From: an uncultured delta proteobacterium
GTDB lineage: Bacteria; Myxococcota_A; Polyangia; Fen-1088
NCBI GenBank assembly: GCA_963755125.1
Contig: CAVWIP010000011.1
Span: 32,001-96,000 of the forward strand
Reading direction: 5' to 3'
DNA: 64,000 nucleotides
Each line of letters starts with the position of its first letter. Position 1 is the first letter of the stretch. This document shows positions 11,785 to 20,946 of the stretch, piece after piece. The notes under the pieces were generated by a model. That model was not told where the DNA came from, ran no database searches, and saw only the letters and a list, made by a program, of their open reading frames with translations. A program made the position numbers and the translations under genes.

Positions 11785-13232
11785 GACTACCCGGGCGTTT
11801 CGAGTGGAAAGTCCTGGGCGCGATGCTGGCCGCGGCCTTGCTGGCGGTGGCCCTGTCAGCCTACGCCCTGTATTTCATGGTGCAGAGGTTCGCCGACTTC
11901 TCACTCGAACACGACGCGCGGATGGAGGGATCTTCGGCACGCGCTGCCGATGTGTTTCGCTCCTACTTCGCCGATCGCAAAGACGCGTTTCGTCGACGCG
12001 CGCATGCGATCGCGGCGGACGCGCCAGCCCGCATGGCTGATCTGGCGCGCACGGAAGGTCTGCTGCGTGCGCAACTCCTGGTGGGCACCGAGGTGGTCGA
12101 TGCCTGGGAGGCGCCAGCCGAGATGCTCAACCGCTCGCGCGAGGCGCCGCCCATCCTGGTCGCCCTGCCCGCGGCCCAGGGCGAACCGCCCCGCGCGCTA
12201 GAGCTGGTGTTCGGAATCCCGGCACAGATGTACCAGGACTTTCTCGCCCTACGTGCAGCCATTGAACAGGACCAGCAGATCCATCGCGCCTACAGCCTCT
12301 TGCTTCCACGCTTTCTGCACCAGTACCTGATTCTGGTTCTCGGCGTCCTGGCCGTGGCGCCTCTCGGGGGCTGGCTGGTCGCGCGGCGGGTGACCAAGCG
12401 GGTCGCGCGCCTACACAGGGCGGCGCGGGCAGTGGGGGCCGGCGATCTGTCGGTGCGGGTGGCCCCCAAGGGCAAGGACGAACTCGACGAACTGGGACGC
12501 GCCTTCGACCGCATGGTGTCCGAGTTGGCGCAGGCGCGCTCCCGCCTGGAATACCTGCAGAAGGTGTCAGCCTGGCAAGAGGTGGCACGCCGCCTGGCGC
12601 ATGAAATCAAAAACCCGCTCATGCCCATCCAACTCGCAGTGCAGGAGATCGCATCGAAGTACTCCGGCGACGATCCCTCATACCGGCGCCTGTTGGACAC
12701 GGCCACCGAGATCCTGCGCGAAGAGATCACGGGCCTGCGCCGTCTGGTCGAAGATTTCTCGGCCTTTGCCAAGCTGCCCAAGGTGGAGCCGACACCTCTC
12801 GACTTGGTGCCGTTGGTCGAGGAGATCGTGCGCCTGCAACCCGAGTGGCAGTCCTCGGTCACGGTGCAAGCCACGGGATCGGTGTCCGCACCCTGCGACA
12901 AGGTGCTTTTCCGGCGCGTGATCGCCAACCTGGTCGAGAACGCCTTGCAAGCAGCCAGCGGGGCCGGCCGGGAGCCCCAGGTGGTCATCCGCGTCGAGCG
13001 ACGGCCGGAGCGCGAACGTGCCGCCATCGTGGTCGACGACAACGGTCCTGGTGTTCCCGAGGCCGAGCGCCAGCGGGTGTTCGATCCCTACGTCACCTTC
13101 CGGCCGGGCGGCACCGGCCTGGGCCTGGCCATCGTACGCAAGATCGCGATCGACCACGGCGGCGATGTGTCCGCAGGCGAGGCGCCCGCGCCCCTGGGCG
13201 GCGCGCGTTTTGTGGTTGAGTTGCCCTGCTGA
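11781..13232 (+). CDS. HAMP-domain sensor histidine kinase (NtrY-like)
   Basis: Two TM segments, HAMP, WQEVARRLAHEIKNPL H-box, N/G1 (DNGPG) and G2 (GTGLGL) boxes. Confidence 0.93.
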   Translation: MRLPGRFEWKVLGAMLAAALLAVALSAYALYFMVQRFADFSLEHDARMEGSSARAADVFRSYFADRKDAFRRRAHAIAADAPARMADLARTEGLLRAQLLVGTEVVDAWEAPAEMLNRSREAPPILVALPAAQGEPPRALELVFGIPAQMYQDFLALRAAIEQDQQIHRAYSLLLPRFLHQYLILVLGVLAVAPLGGWLVARRVTKRVARLHRAARAVGAGDLSVRVAPKGKDELDELGRAFDRMVSELAQARSRLEYLQKVSAWQEVARRLAHEIKNPLMPIQLAVQEIASKYSGDDPSYRRLLDTATEILREEITGLRRLVEDFSAFAKLPKVEPTPLDLVPLVEEIVRLQPEWQSSVTVQATGSVSAPCDKVLFRRVIANLVENALQAASGAGREPQVVIRVERRPERERAAIVVDDNGPGVPEAERQRVFDPYVTFRPGGTGLGLAIVRKIAIDHGGDVSAGEAPAPLGGARFVVELPC

Positions 13233-13328
13233 CGCTGACATGGGAACCTTGGGAGGGTTCCCAACCCCTCCCGCGATGGTGCGCCGCCGGCGGAGCCGGC
13301 GGGCTCCCCACGCGATCGGACCGACGGG

Positions 13329-13547
13329 CTATGCGGCGGGTGAACGGGGGAGGAGGAGCTGGATGCGATCCTTGATCGCCAGCTTCTCCTTCTTGAGCCG
13401 AGCGCGTTCGGCCTGCTCCGCGGCGGTCAGCGACAGGTGGCGGTCGAGGGCCGCCAGCCTCGATTCCAGGTCCTTGTGTTGCTTCCGCAGTGCCTCCAGA
13501 TCCTCGACCGAGCCCATGTCGTCCATGCGGGTGGCGTTCTCCTCCAT
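13329..13547 (-). CDS. YdcH/DUF465 family coiled-coil protein
   Basis: H..LE..L...LKKEKLAIKDRI signature. Confidence 0.85.
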   Translation of the reverse strand: MEENATRMDDMGSVEDLEALRKQHKDLESRLAALDRHLSLTAAEQAERARLKKEKLAIKDRIQLLLPRSPAA

Positions 13548-13681
13548 GCGACCCCCTTGCCGGTCATTGCCGGCTAAGATCTATTAGATTAGGTCGAACT
13601 GTTGCCACGGTCAAAGCCTGACGGAAGTTCTGGAAATCGGAGTGGCAGGATGCGCTGTGGGCGACCGCGCACGGGCGCGCT

Positions 13682-14674
13682 ATGGTTAACCCCATGCAGC
13701 GAAGAAAACTCGGACAGCTAGATGTCTCCGCGCTCGGGCTCGGGTGCATGGGGATGTCGGAATTCTATGGCCAGCGTGACGACGCTGAGTCCAGCGCCAC
13801 CATCCATCGCGCCATCGATCAAGGCGTCGATTTCATCGACACCGCGGACATGTATGGCCCCTTCGCCAACGAGGAATTGGTGGGCAGAGCGCTGACGGGA
13901 CGGCGCAACCAGGTCGTGCTGGCCACCAAGTTCGGCATCGTGCGCACAGACGATCCGCTGGTGCGGGGGATCAACGGACGACCCGAGTACGTCAAGACCT
14001 GCTGCGACGCCAGCCTGCGCCGCCTGAAGACCGACGTCATCGATCTTTACTACCAGCACCGGGTGGACCGGAACACGCCCATCGAAGAAACCGTGGGCGC
14101 CATGAGCGATCTGGTCCGCGCCGGAAAGGTCCGCTTTCTCGGGCTGTCCGAGGCAAGCCCGCAGACCCTGCGGCGGGCGCACAAGGTCCACCCCATCACG
14201 GCGTTACAGAGCGAGTATTCCCTGTGGACGCGCGATCCCGAGGACAGCGTGCTGACCACCTGCCGCGAGCTGGGCATCGGCTTCGTGGCCTACAGTCCAC
14301 TCGGACGTGGCTTTCTCACCGGCCGGATCGCGCGCTTCGAAGACCTGGACGTCAACGACTACCGCCGCCACTCGCCGCGCTTTCAGGGTGAGAATTTCGG
14401 CAAGAACATAGCGCTGGTTCGACATATCGAGACTGTGGCGCGCAACAAGGGCTGCTCGCCGGCCCAGCTTGCGCTGGCCTGGGTCCTGGCGCGCGGCCCC
14501 GACATCGTTCCCATCTTCGGCACCAAGCGGCGCTCGTACCTGGACGAGAATCTGGCGTCTCTGAAGATCGCGCTGTCGGCCGAGGATCTGGCCGAGATTG
14601 ATCGCATCGCGCCCAAGGGCGTGGCGGCCGGCACGCGCTATCCCGAGATCTTGATGCACGTTCTCGATGGATGA
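13682..14674 (+). CDS. Aldo/keto reductase
   Basis: [27 protein letters not shown] motifs. Confidence 0.96.
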   Translation: MVNPMQRRKLGQLDVSALGLGCMGMSEFYGQRDDAESSATIHRAIDQGVDFIDTADMYGPFANEELVGRALTGRRNQVVLATKFGIVRTDDPLVRGINGRPEYVKTCCDASLRRLKTDVIDLYYQHRVDRNTPIEETVGAMSDLVRAGKVRFLGLSEASPQTLRRAHKVHPITALQSEYSLWTRDPEDSVLTTCRELGIGFVAYSPLGRGFLTGRIARFEDLDVNDYRRHSPRFQGENFGKNIALVRHIETVARNKGCSPAQLALAWVLARGPDIVPIFGTKRRSYLDENLASLKIALSAEDLAEIDRIAPKGVAAGTRYPEILMHVLDG

Positions 14675-15117
14675 AGGCAATGCGCGCCAAGCTGATCTGG
14701 AAGGAGAATCTGCAGTTCGCCGCCGAGGCTGACGGCCACACGGTGCTGATGGATGCCAAGCCGCCGGTCGGCCGGGGAACAGCCCAGACTCCGAAACAGC
14801 TTCTGCTCGCCGCCCTGTGCGGTTGCACGGCCATGGACGTGGCCTCGCTCCTGCGCAAGCAACGCCAGAAGGTGAAGAGCTTCGAGGTCACAGCCGAGGC
14901 CTCCATCCGGACGGGAAACCCCGCCGTGTTCACCGCAATCGATCTCTCGTTCCGCATCGAAGGTGCTGTGGATCCGGCGCTGGCCTCCGAAGCGACGAGG
15001 CTGTCGCAGACACGTTTCTGTGCTATCAGCGCGATGCTGAGCCGGGCCGTGCCCATCCGCTACGAGGTACTCGTCAATGGCGCGTCCGCCGGTCGCGGCG
15101 AGGCGCAGTTCGCGTAG
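14671..15117 (+). CDS. OsmC/YhfA family protein
   Basis: [17 protein letters not shown]...FCAIS with two conserved Cys. Confidence 0.9.
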   Translation: MKAMRAKLIWKENLQFAAEADGHTVLMDAKPPVGRGTAQTPKQLLLAALCGCTAMDVASLLRKQRQKVKSFEVTAEASIRTGNPAVFTAIDLSFRIEGAVDPALASEATRLSQTRFCAISAMLSRAVPIRYEVLVNGASAGRGEAQFA

Positions 15118-16202
15118 TGTCTCTCTTGGACATTCCGTCACCGATCGCTGGCCCGGCTTTCGCACGGGCATTGCTTGCCTGGTACGACCGAAAGAAGAGA
15201 GACTTGCCCTGGCGCCGCAAGCCCAACGCCTATCGCACCCTGGTGTCCGAGTTGATGCTCCAGCAGACCCTGGTGGCCACGGTGGTGCCATACTTCGAGC
15301 GCTTCATGGCACGCTTTCCGACCGCGCAGGCCCTGGCGGCTGCGCGCGAGGACGAAGTGCTGGCGCTCTGGTCCGGTCTCGGGTACTACAGCCGGGCGCG
15401 CCATCTGCACCACACGGCACGGCTGGTGGTCCATGAGTTGGGCGGAAAGCTGCCTTCGAACGAGGAGGATCTGTGGCAATTGCCCGGCGTTGGCGCATAC
15501 ACGGCCGCGGCGGTGGCGGCCATTGCGTTCTCGCGGCGCACCCTCCCGGTCGACGGCAATGCGGCGCGCGTGCTGGCGCGGCTCTTGGGCGAGCGTAGAT
15601 CCATTGACCGTCCGGCGGTGCGCGCGGGGCTGCGCTGGCAAGGACAGAAGCTCGTACCCGCACGTCGGCCAGGCGATTTCGCCCAGGCCATGATGGAACT
15701 GGGCGCGCTCTGTTGCCTGCCGCGCGAGCCGCGTTGTCGGCAATGTCCAGCGGCGCGGTTCTGTCGAGCACGTGCCGAGGGAGCGACGGGCAGCATTCCG
15801 CTGCGCGCGAAGCGGCCAGCCAAGCGCCACATTCACCTGGCCTGTGTCGCGGTCGAACGCCGGGGCCGGCTGCTGCTGGTGCGCCGGCCGGCCGGAACCC
15901 TGCTGGCCGGAACCTGGGTGCTGCCGCTGCAAGAAATGCGCGCGGGGGAGGCGGCTTGGCAAGCTGCGAGACGGGCACTTGCCCGTCTCGGCTTGCGCGC
16001 GGAAGGGTCGCCCAGGCCGGTCGGCAATCTCCGCCACGTCTTCACTCACCGCGATGCAATGGCCTCGGTGTTCCGCGTCCGCGCCCGGGGACGAGTCGAT
16101 AAATGCGACGCGCGCTGGGTGCGCGCCGATGAACTGGCTCTGCCGCTGTCGACCTTCGGGCGCAAGATGATCGCGATCGCCGAGGCTGCGTCCACGGTGT
16201 GA
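15117..16202 (+). CDS. mutY: A/G-specific adenine DNA glycosylase
   Basis: RDLPWR, VSELMLQQT, GLGYYSRAR, HhH LPGVGAYTA, FeS C-x6-C-x2-C-x5-C, NUDIX-like C-terminus. Start assumed at the GTG overlapping the OsmC stop. Confidence 0.93.
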   Translation: MSLLDIPSPIAGPAFARALLAWYDRKKRDLPWRRKPNAYRTLVSELMLQQTLVATVVPYFERFMARFPTAQALAAAREDEVLALWSGLGYYSRARHLHHTARLVVHELGGKLPSNEEDLWQLPGVGAYTAAAVAAIAFSRRTLPVDGNAARVLARLLGERRSIDRPAVRAGLRWQGQKLVPARRPGDFAQAMMELGALCCLPREPRCRQCPAARFCRARAEGATGSIPLRAKRPAKRHIHLACVAVERRGRLLLVRRPAGTLLAGTWVLPLQEMRAGEAAWQAARRALARLGLRAEGSPRPVGNLRHVFTHRDAMASVFRVRARGRVDKCDARWVRADELALPLSTFGRKMIAIAEAASTV

Positions 16203-16298
16203 CGGTACGCACACTGATCCTGGGTGAGGAGGTGCTAACCTTGGAGCCTGGCGCCTGGTAACAGGTACGTTTTCTTGGTCAGAAAATGGAGGTCCAAA

Positions 16299-18836
16299 AT
16301 GCGACTTACTCTCGTTGGCGCTGATGTCGAAGAGAACCTGGGCATGGGCATGATCGCGGCAGCCGTGACCGGCGCCGGTCACCGGGTGGAAGTCCTGGGC
16401 TTCAATGACGGCGCCCAGATTCCGGATCTGGTCCAGCGGATCGCTTCGAGCGACCCGGACGTGGTCGGCCTGGCGGCCCAGTTCCAGCACCGCGGCCTGG
16501 ACTTCCTGACTCTGGCAACGGCCCTGCGCAAGAATGGATTCCGCGGGCACATCACCGCCGGGGGCCATTTCGCCTCCATGGGCTATGCCAGCATTCTGGC
16601 CGGCCGCTACGGCGTGGACAGCGTGGTGCTCTACGATGGCGAGGAGACCACTGTTGATCTGCTTGCGGCGCTCGCTGCCGAGCGAAGCCTGGCCGAGGTG
16701 GCCGGCATCGCCTTCCGCAACGCACGTGGTGCCGTGGTGCGGACTGCACCGCGCTGCCTGCCGCAGAATCTCGATGCCTTGCCCATCGCCCAACGCTATC
16801 GGCCGCACACGCGACATATGCGCATCCCCTTTGTTCCGGTCAGCGGCAGCCGCGGCTGCTGGGCTTCTTGCAGTTTCTGCTCGATCACCACCGTCCTGCG
16901 CGACGCCCGCGCCCATGGCGCGCACGGCAGGTTGCTGCGTTTACGTTCACCGGAGGATGTCGCGGCCGAGATGGCGATACTGGGCCGAGCCGTGGGCGGC
17001 AGCGCCATCTTTTGCTTCCACGATGAGAATTTCCTGCTGCCCCGGCCCGCGGACAGCCTGGCGCGCATCGAGGCTATCAAGCGGTATCTCGACGACGCCG
17101 GCGTTGAGCGCGCGGCCTTCGTGGGCAAGTGCCGGCCCGATACCGTCACGCCCGATCTCGCGCGCCGCCTGGCTGAACTGGGCGTGATTCGCCTGTACGT
17201 CGGCGTGGAAAACGCCTCGCAGCGCGGGGCCGACCACCTCAATCGCCGGGTTGCGGTCGCCTCCATGGGGCAAGCCCTCGACGCTTGTAGCGACGCCGGC
17301 ATCGTCCCCTGCTACAACCTGCTGCTCTTCGAGCCTGAGACCAGACTCGACGATGTGGCCGAGAACATCGATTTCATTCGCCGCCACGCGGAGATCCCGG
17401 TGAACTTCTGCCGGGCCGAGCCCTACCTGGGAACGCCGCTCCATCGCAAACTGGCGGAGGCCGGCAAGCTGTCAGGCAGCTTCCTCGGTTGGGACTACCG
17501 GTTGGCCGACGATCGCGCCGAGCTTCTCTTCCGCATTTCTTCGGCCGCCTTCCGCGAACGCAATTTCGCCAGCGAAGGCGTGGCCAATCGCTACATGGGA
17601 CTCAACTACTCCTGCGGCGTCCTCGACTGGTTCTACCGGGTTGGCGACATTCGCAAGGAACGCTTGCGCGAGCGCGCCCACGAATTGACCAAGGACATCT
17701 CACTCGACACCGCCGAGCTTCTCGAACAGGCGCTGGACCTGGCCGCAAGATTGGATCCGCACGACGATGACCGTGTCGCGCGCGAAACAGCCCGGCTCGG
17801 CCTGCGCGTGGCAGCGTCGGATGGTGTGTGGCACGCGGCCCTCGATGCTCTGATGACCGACCTGCGCGGCTTTGCGGCAACCGGACGCCGGCGCGAGACT
17901 GTCCCGCGGCGGCCGGTCGGGCAGGTTGTGCGTGCGGCGCAAGGGGCGGCGTTTGCTGGCTGGCTCGCCCTGTGGGCTCCTGGCTGTAACAGCAACGGCA
18001 TGGGCCTTCCCACTGATGGTGGCCGGCGCGACGCCACCCCGGACTATTTGATTGCCGACATGCTTCCGCCGCCCGATGCCAGCCGACCTGACCGGTCCCC
18101 GGACTACGCTGTCTACGATCCGCTGCCGCCTGATGCGGGCCGGCCCGACGCCAGTCCAGACTACTTGATTGCCGACATGCTTCCGCCGCCCGATGCCGGC
18201 CGACGCGACGCCACCCCGGACTACATCATGGTGGATCCGCTGGTACCGGACGCGGGCCGGCCAGACACCACTCCGGACTACATGATTGCGGATATGCTTC
18301 CCCCGCCCGATGCCGGTCGCAGCGATGCCACCCCGGACTACTTGATCGCCGACATGCTTCCACCGGATGCCAGCCCGCGCGACACGACCCCCGATCGCTT
18401 GATAATAATAGATCCGCTTCCACCGGACGCGGGCCGGCCAGACACTCCGATGGTCACCGATCCGCCGGTTTCTGCCAGCGGCGTGCTGTCTCCCGCTCGC
18501 GGCGACTTTTCACCTGTGGCCGCGGAGGTTGGGGATCACTGGGCCGACACGACACCCCGCCGGTCGGCGCGCGCACGCGACCTGCCCCTGTGCCTGCCGC
18601 CTGAAATTCGCGTAGAGGGCGAGTGGGTGGACGGTGCCGTGCGGGTGGACCTGACTGGTGCGGACGGGCCGCTCACCATTCGCTGGCAGAGTGACGGCGA
18701 AGCGATCGGCACGGATCGCCAGGTGATCTGGACGCCGGCGTCCGACCAGGATCAGCTCAACGTGGCGGTACGCAACCGAGATGGTGTTGCCGTGGCCGAG
18801 CTGCGCCTCGGCCAGGTTCGCGGCCGGCGCGGATAG
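16299..18836 (+). CDS. B12-binding radical SAM protein with a C-terminal hydrophobic segment and repeat-peptide extension
   Basis: N-terminal cobalamin-binding-like domain (PDVVGL...ITAGGHFAS), SRGCWASCSFC (CxxxCxxC), FHDENF, YVGVE; GGAGG SD. Confidence 0.9.
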   Translation: MRLTLVGADVEENLGMGMIAAAVTGAGHRVEVLGFNDGAQIPDLVQRIASSDPDVVGLAAQFQHRGLDFLTLATALRKNGFRGHITAGGHFASMGYASILAGRYGVDSVVLYDGEETTVDLLAALAAERSLAEVAGIAFRNARGAVVRTAPRCLPQNLDALPIAQRYRPHTRHMRIPFVPVSGSRGCWASCSFCSITTVLRDARAHGAHGRLLRLRSPEDVAAEMAILGRAVGGSAIFCFHDENFLLPRPADSLARIEAIKRYLDDAGVERAAFVGKCRPDTVTPDLARRLAELGVIRLYVGVENASQRGADHLNRRVAVASMGQALDACSDAGIVPCYNLLLFEPETRLDDVAENIDFIRRHAEIPVNFCRAEPYLGTPLHRKLAEAGKLSGSFLGWDYRLADDRAELLFRISSAAFRERNFASEGVANRYMGLNYSCGVLDWFYRVGDIRKERLRERAHELTKDISLDTAELLEQALDLAARLDPHDDDRVARETARLGLRVAASDGVWHAALDALMTDLRGFAATGRRRETVPRRPVGQVVRAAQGAAFAGWLALWAPGCNSNGMGLPTDGGRRDATPDYLIADMLPPPDASRPDRSPDYAVYDPLPPDAGRPDASPDYLIADMLPPPDAGRRDATPDYIMVDPLVPDAGRPDTTPDYMIADMLPPPDAGRSDATPDYLIADMLPPDASPRDTTPDRLIIIDPLPPDAGRPDTPMVTDPPVSASGVLSPARGDFSPVAAEVGDHWADTTPRRSARARDLPLCLPPEIRVEGEWVDGAVRVDLTGADGPLTIRWQSDGEAIGTDRQVIWTPASDQDQLNVAVRNRDGVAVAELRLGQVRGRRG
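18030..18470 (+). repeat. Seven full and one partial 57-60 nt coding repeats (DxxPDYxxxD[M/P]LPP(P)DAGRP)
   Basis: Directly visible in both DNA and translation. Confidence 0.95.
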
Positions 18837-18853
18837 CGCCGAGTTGTCTGGCT

Positions 18854-20248
18854 TCAGCCGCAGCCGCAACAGGCAAAGTCATGGAGAGGTACCGCTAGCT
18901 TTTCCAGCGCGGCCTTCTCGACCCACCGCTCGATCTCCTGCTCCGAGCCGGCGCGACGAACTTTCACGCGGACCAGCTTGGTCGGAAAGTCGTAGCCGAC
19001 TAGCTTCGTGATCCTGTCGCCGCGGCCGAGGCGAATCGTATCTTTTCGGTCAGTCGCGGTGAACGAAACAATCTTGGCTCGCACAGCTCCACCCTCGGGG
19101 ACGGTGAAGTCCATCTCGGCGCTGAGCCGCTCGATGCCGGCCTCGCGAAAGGCCAGGGTGGTCTCCATCGATATGCCACAGTGAAATGCTTCCTTGATGA
19201 CCAGCGTGCCCTGGCCAGTCCGGACCAAGCCCGATGTGACCCGATTGCCGTAGTCTGGCTTCCACTCGACGCGCGTGCCTGCACCGAAGAGAATGAGAAC
19301 GCCCGGATCGCCATACATGTCATTGGAGAAGCCGCTGTAGAAAAACGCCAAGGGATGCAACGACTGGCCGGTGAAGACCAGCCACACATGCAATTGTTTC
19401 GCGTCCTCCTCCGCGAAGCCGCCAAGGTCTGCCGTGAGCAGAGTTTTTCCGGCGGAAAAGGCCACTCGCGCAAGTGGCAGCAACTGAGTCTGGAAGGCGG
19501 GCTTGCCACGGCCATCGAGTGGGACGAAGTCCTGGGCCAGGACCGTCGGCGCGGGCAGCGCCGTCAAACTGACCCAGCCGTGTTGTGGCAGCGAAGCGCT
19601 GTCGCTGCACTGGGCTGCATTCCTGCCGGCTGCGTACCAGACCTCCGCCCGGGCGCCACTGAATTCGCCGAGTCGCAGGCCGGTATCAGCCGCGATCGGC
19701 GTGCCCGCCTTGGCCGAAGGCGTATCGAATGCCTCGGTGGGCTGGGTAAGCCCGACACAGCGGGCAGGCTTATGCTGGCCGTCGCGAAGCCACGCCGGCA
19801 AGTCCTTGGCTGCGAGGCGATCGCCGACACGCTCGCCGAGGTGGCGAAGCGGGGTGTGCGCGAACTTCGCTTTCCAGCCTTCCGGTATCTCGTAGTCGGT
19901 GCTGGTCTGCGCCCGAACTTCCCACGTGCTTCCGACGCGTTCCGCGAGCAGCCAGACCACGCCCTGCAGCCACGCCGCGGGTGCCCGTTTCTCGTTGATT
20001 GCATTGAAATCGATCGGCTTGCCATTCTTGTGCCAGGGCACGAGCCGTGCGAGTACCCAGCCCGCTTCCTGCTCCAGACCCTCTACGACGAAGGTCACCG
20101 GCGCGCCGACTTCCTCCTCGACCGTTGGCCGCACCAGATCGAGAAGCGCGGCACGCTCTGGCGTTCCCGGGCGCAAATCGACCGGCGAGGCGTTCGCCAC
20201 GGCCGCGAGCAAGAAGATTGGGATCGGTGTCGCTATGGCATTGCGCAT
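18854..20248 (-). CDS. Secreted hypothetical protein
   Basis: Sec signal ending ANA-S; N-terminal PGTPERAALLDLVR motif; ends FACCGCG. Confidence 0.65.
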   Translation of the reverse strand: MRNAIATPIPIFLLAAVANASPVDLRPGTPERAALLDLVRPTVEEEVGAPVTFVVEGLEQEAGWVLARLVPWHKNGKPIDFNAINEKRAPAAWLQGVVWLLAERVGSTWEVRAQTSTDYEIPEGWKAKFAHTPLRHLGERVGDRLAAKDLPAWLRDGQHKPARCVGLTQPTEAFDTPSAKAGTPIAADTGLRLGEFSGARAEVWYAAGRNAAQCSDSASLPQHGWVSLTALPAPTVLAQDFVPLDGRGKPAFQTQLLPLARVAFSAGKTLLTADLGGFAEEDAKQLHVWLVFTGQSLHPLAFFYSGFSNDMYGDPGVLILFGAGTRVEWKPDYGNRVTSGLVRTGQGTLVIKEAFHCGISMETTLAFREAGIERLSAEMDFTVPEGGAVRAKIVSFTATDRKDTIRLGRGDRITKLVGYDFPTKLVRVKVRRAGSEQEIERWVEKAALEKLAVPLHDFACCGCG

Positions 20249-20743
20249 GTCTTCGCGCCGAGCTTCTCATAACTGCTACGAGATGCCGACCGGACGGCGA
20301 GACAGCAACCCCAAACTCAGGCTGTGCCCGTTGGCGAGAAGAGACCACAGCCACACGCGCTTGCGCCTCCAGCCAAAGCGAAAGCAGGCAGCCTCGGCCG
20401 ACCAGGCAAATAGCTCGGCCGCGACGATGCTTGGTGGTGTAGCTGCTGGCCGTGGCCGTGGTCGACGGTGATCGCTCCGGCCACGCCCACGGCCACGAAA
20501 ACGACCACGTCCACGACCACCACCGAACGGTCCGATTCCGTGCGCGGCGCGATCGTGGAAAGGCCCGTTCTTCTGGGGCGATCCGCGCCTTCGCTCCGCT
20601 TGCCGCGGGATTACGGTTCAGCTTGACCCATGGCCAGAGATCGCGGCATATGTTGGCCTCCCGAAGGTCCGATGCCGCATCCAAGGCCCGAAGGTGGTCG
20701 CTTAGAACGAAGAGAGCACTGCTAACTTATCAAGATCATTGCC

Positions 20744-20828
20744 GGAGAGATGGCCGAGTGGTCGAAGGCGCCTGATTCGAAATCAGGTGTACCGAAAGGT
20801 ACCGTGGGTTCGACTCCCACTCTCTCCT
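20744..20828 (+). tRNA. tRNA-Ser(CGA)
   Basis: GGAGAGA/TCTCTCC acceptor stem, anticodon arm CCTGA-TTCGAAA-TCAGG, long variable arm, GGTTCGACTCC T-arm. Confidence 0.95.
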
Positions 20829-20856
20829 CTGAAAAACGAATATTTGCAGCTCCCTC

Positions 20857-20941
20857 GGAGAGATGACCGAGTGGCCGAAGGTGCATGATTGGAAATCATG
20901 TGTACCGCAAGGTACCGAGGGTTCGAATCCCTCTCTCTCCT
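20857..20941 (+). tRNA. tRNA-Ser(GGA)
   Basis: GGAGAGA/TCTCTCC acceptor stem, CATGA-TTGGAAA-TCATG anticodon arm, long variable arm, GGTTCGAATCC T-arm. Confidence 0.95.
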
Positions 20942-20946
20942 CCGCA

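Noticed and set aside
18030..18470. Regularly spaced repeats as a CRISPR array
   Set aside because: The repeats are in-frame coding units with synonymous variation and no unique spacers, and no cas genes are present.
20744..20941. tRNA-Ser genes as the integration site of an island or prophage
   Set aside because: I saw no integrase and no duplicated tRNA 3' end in the window.
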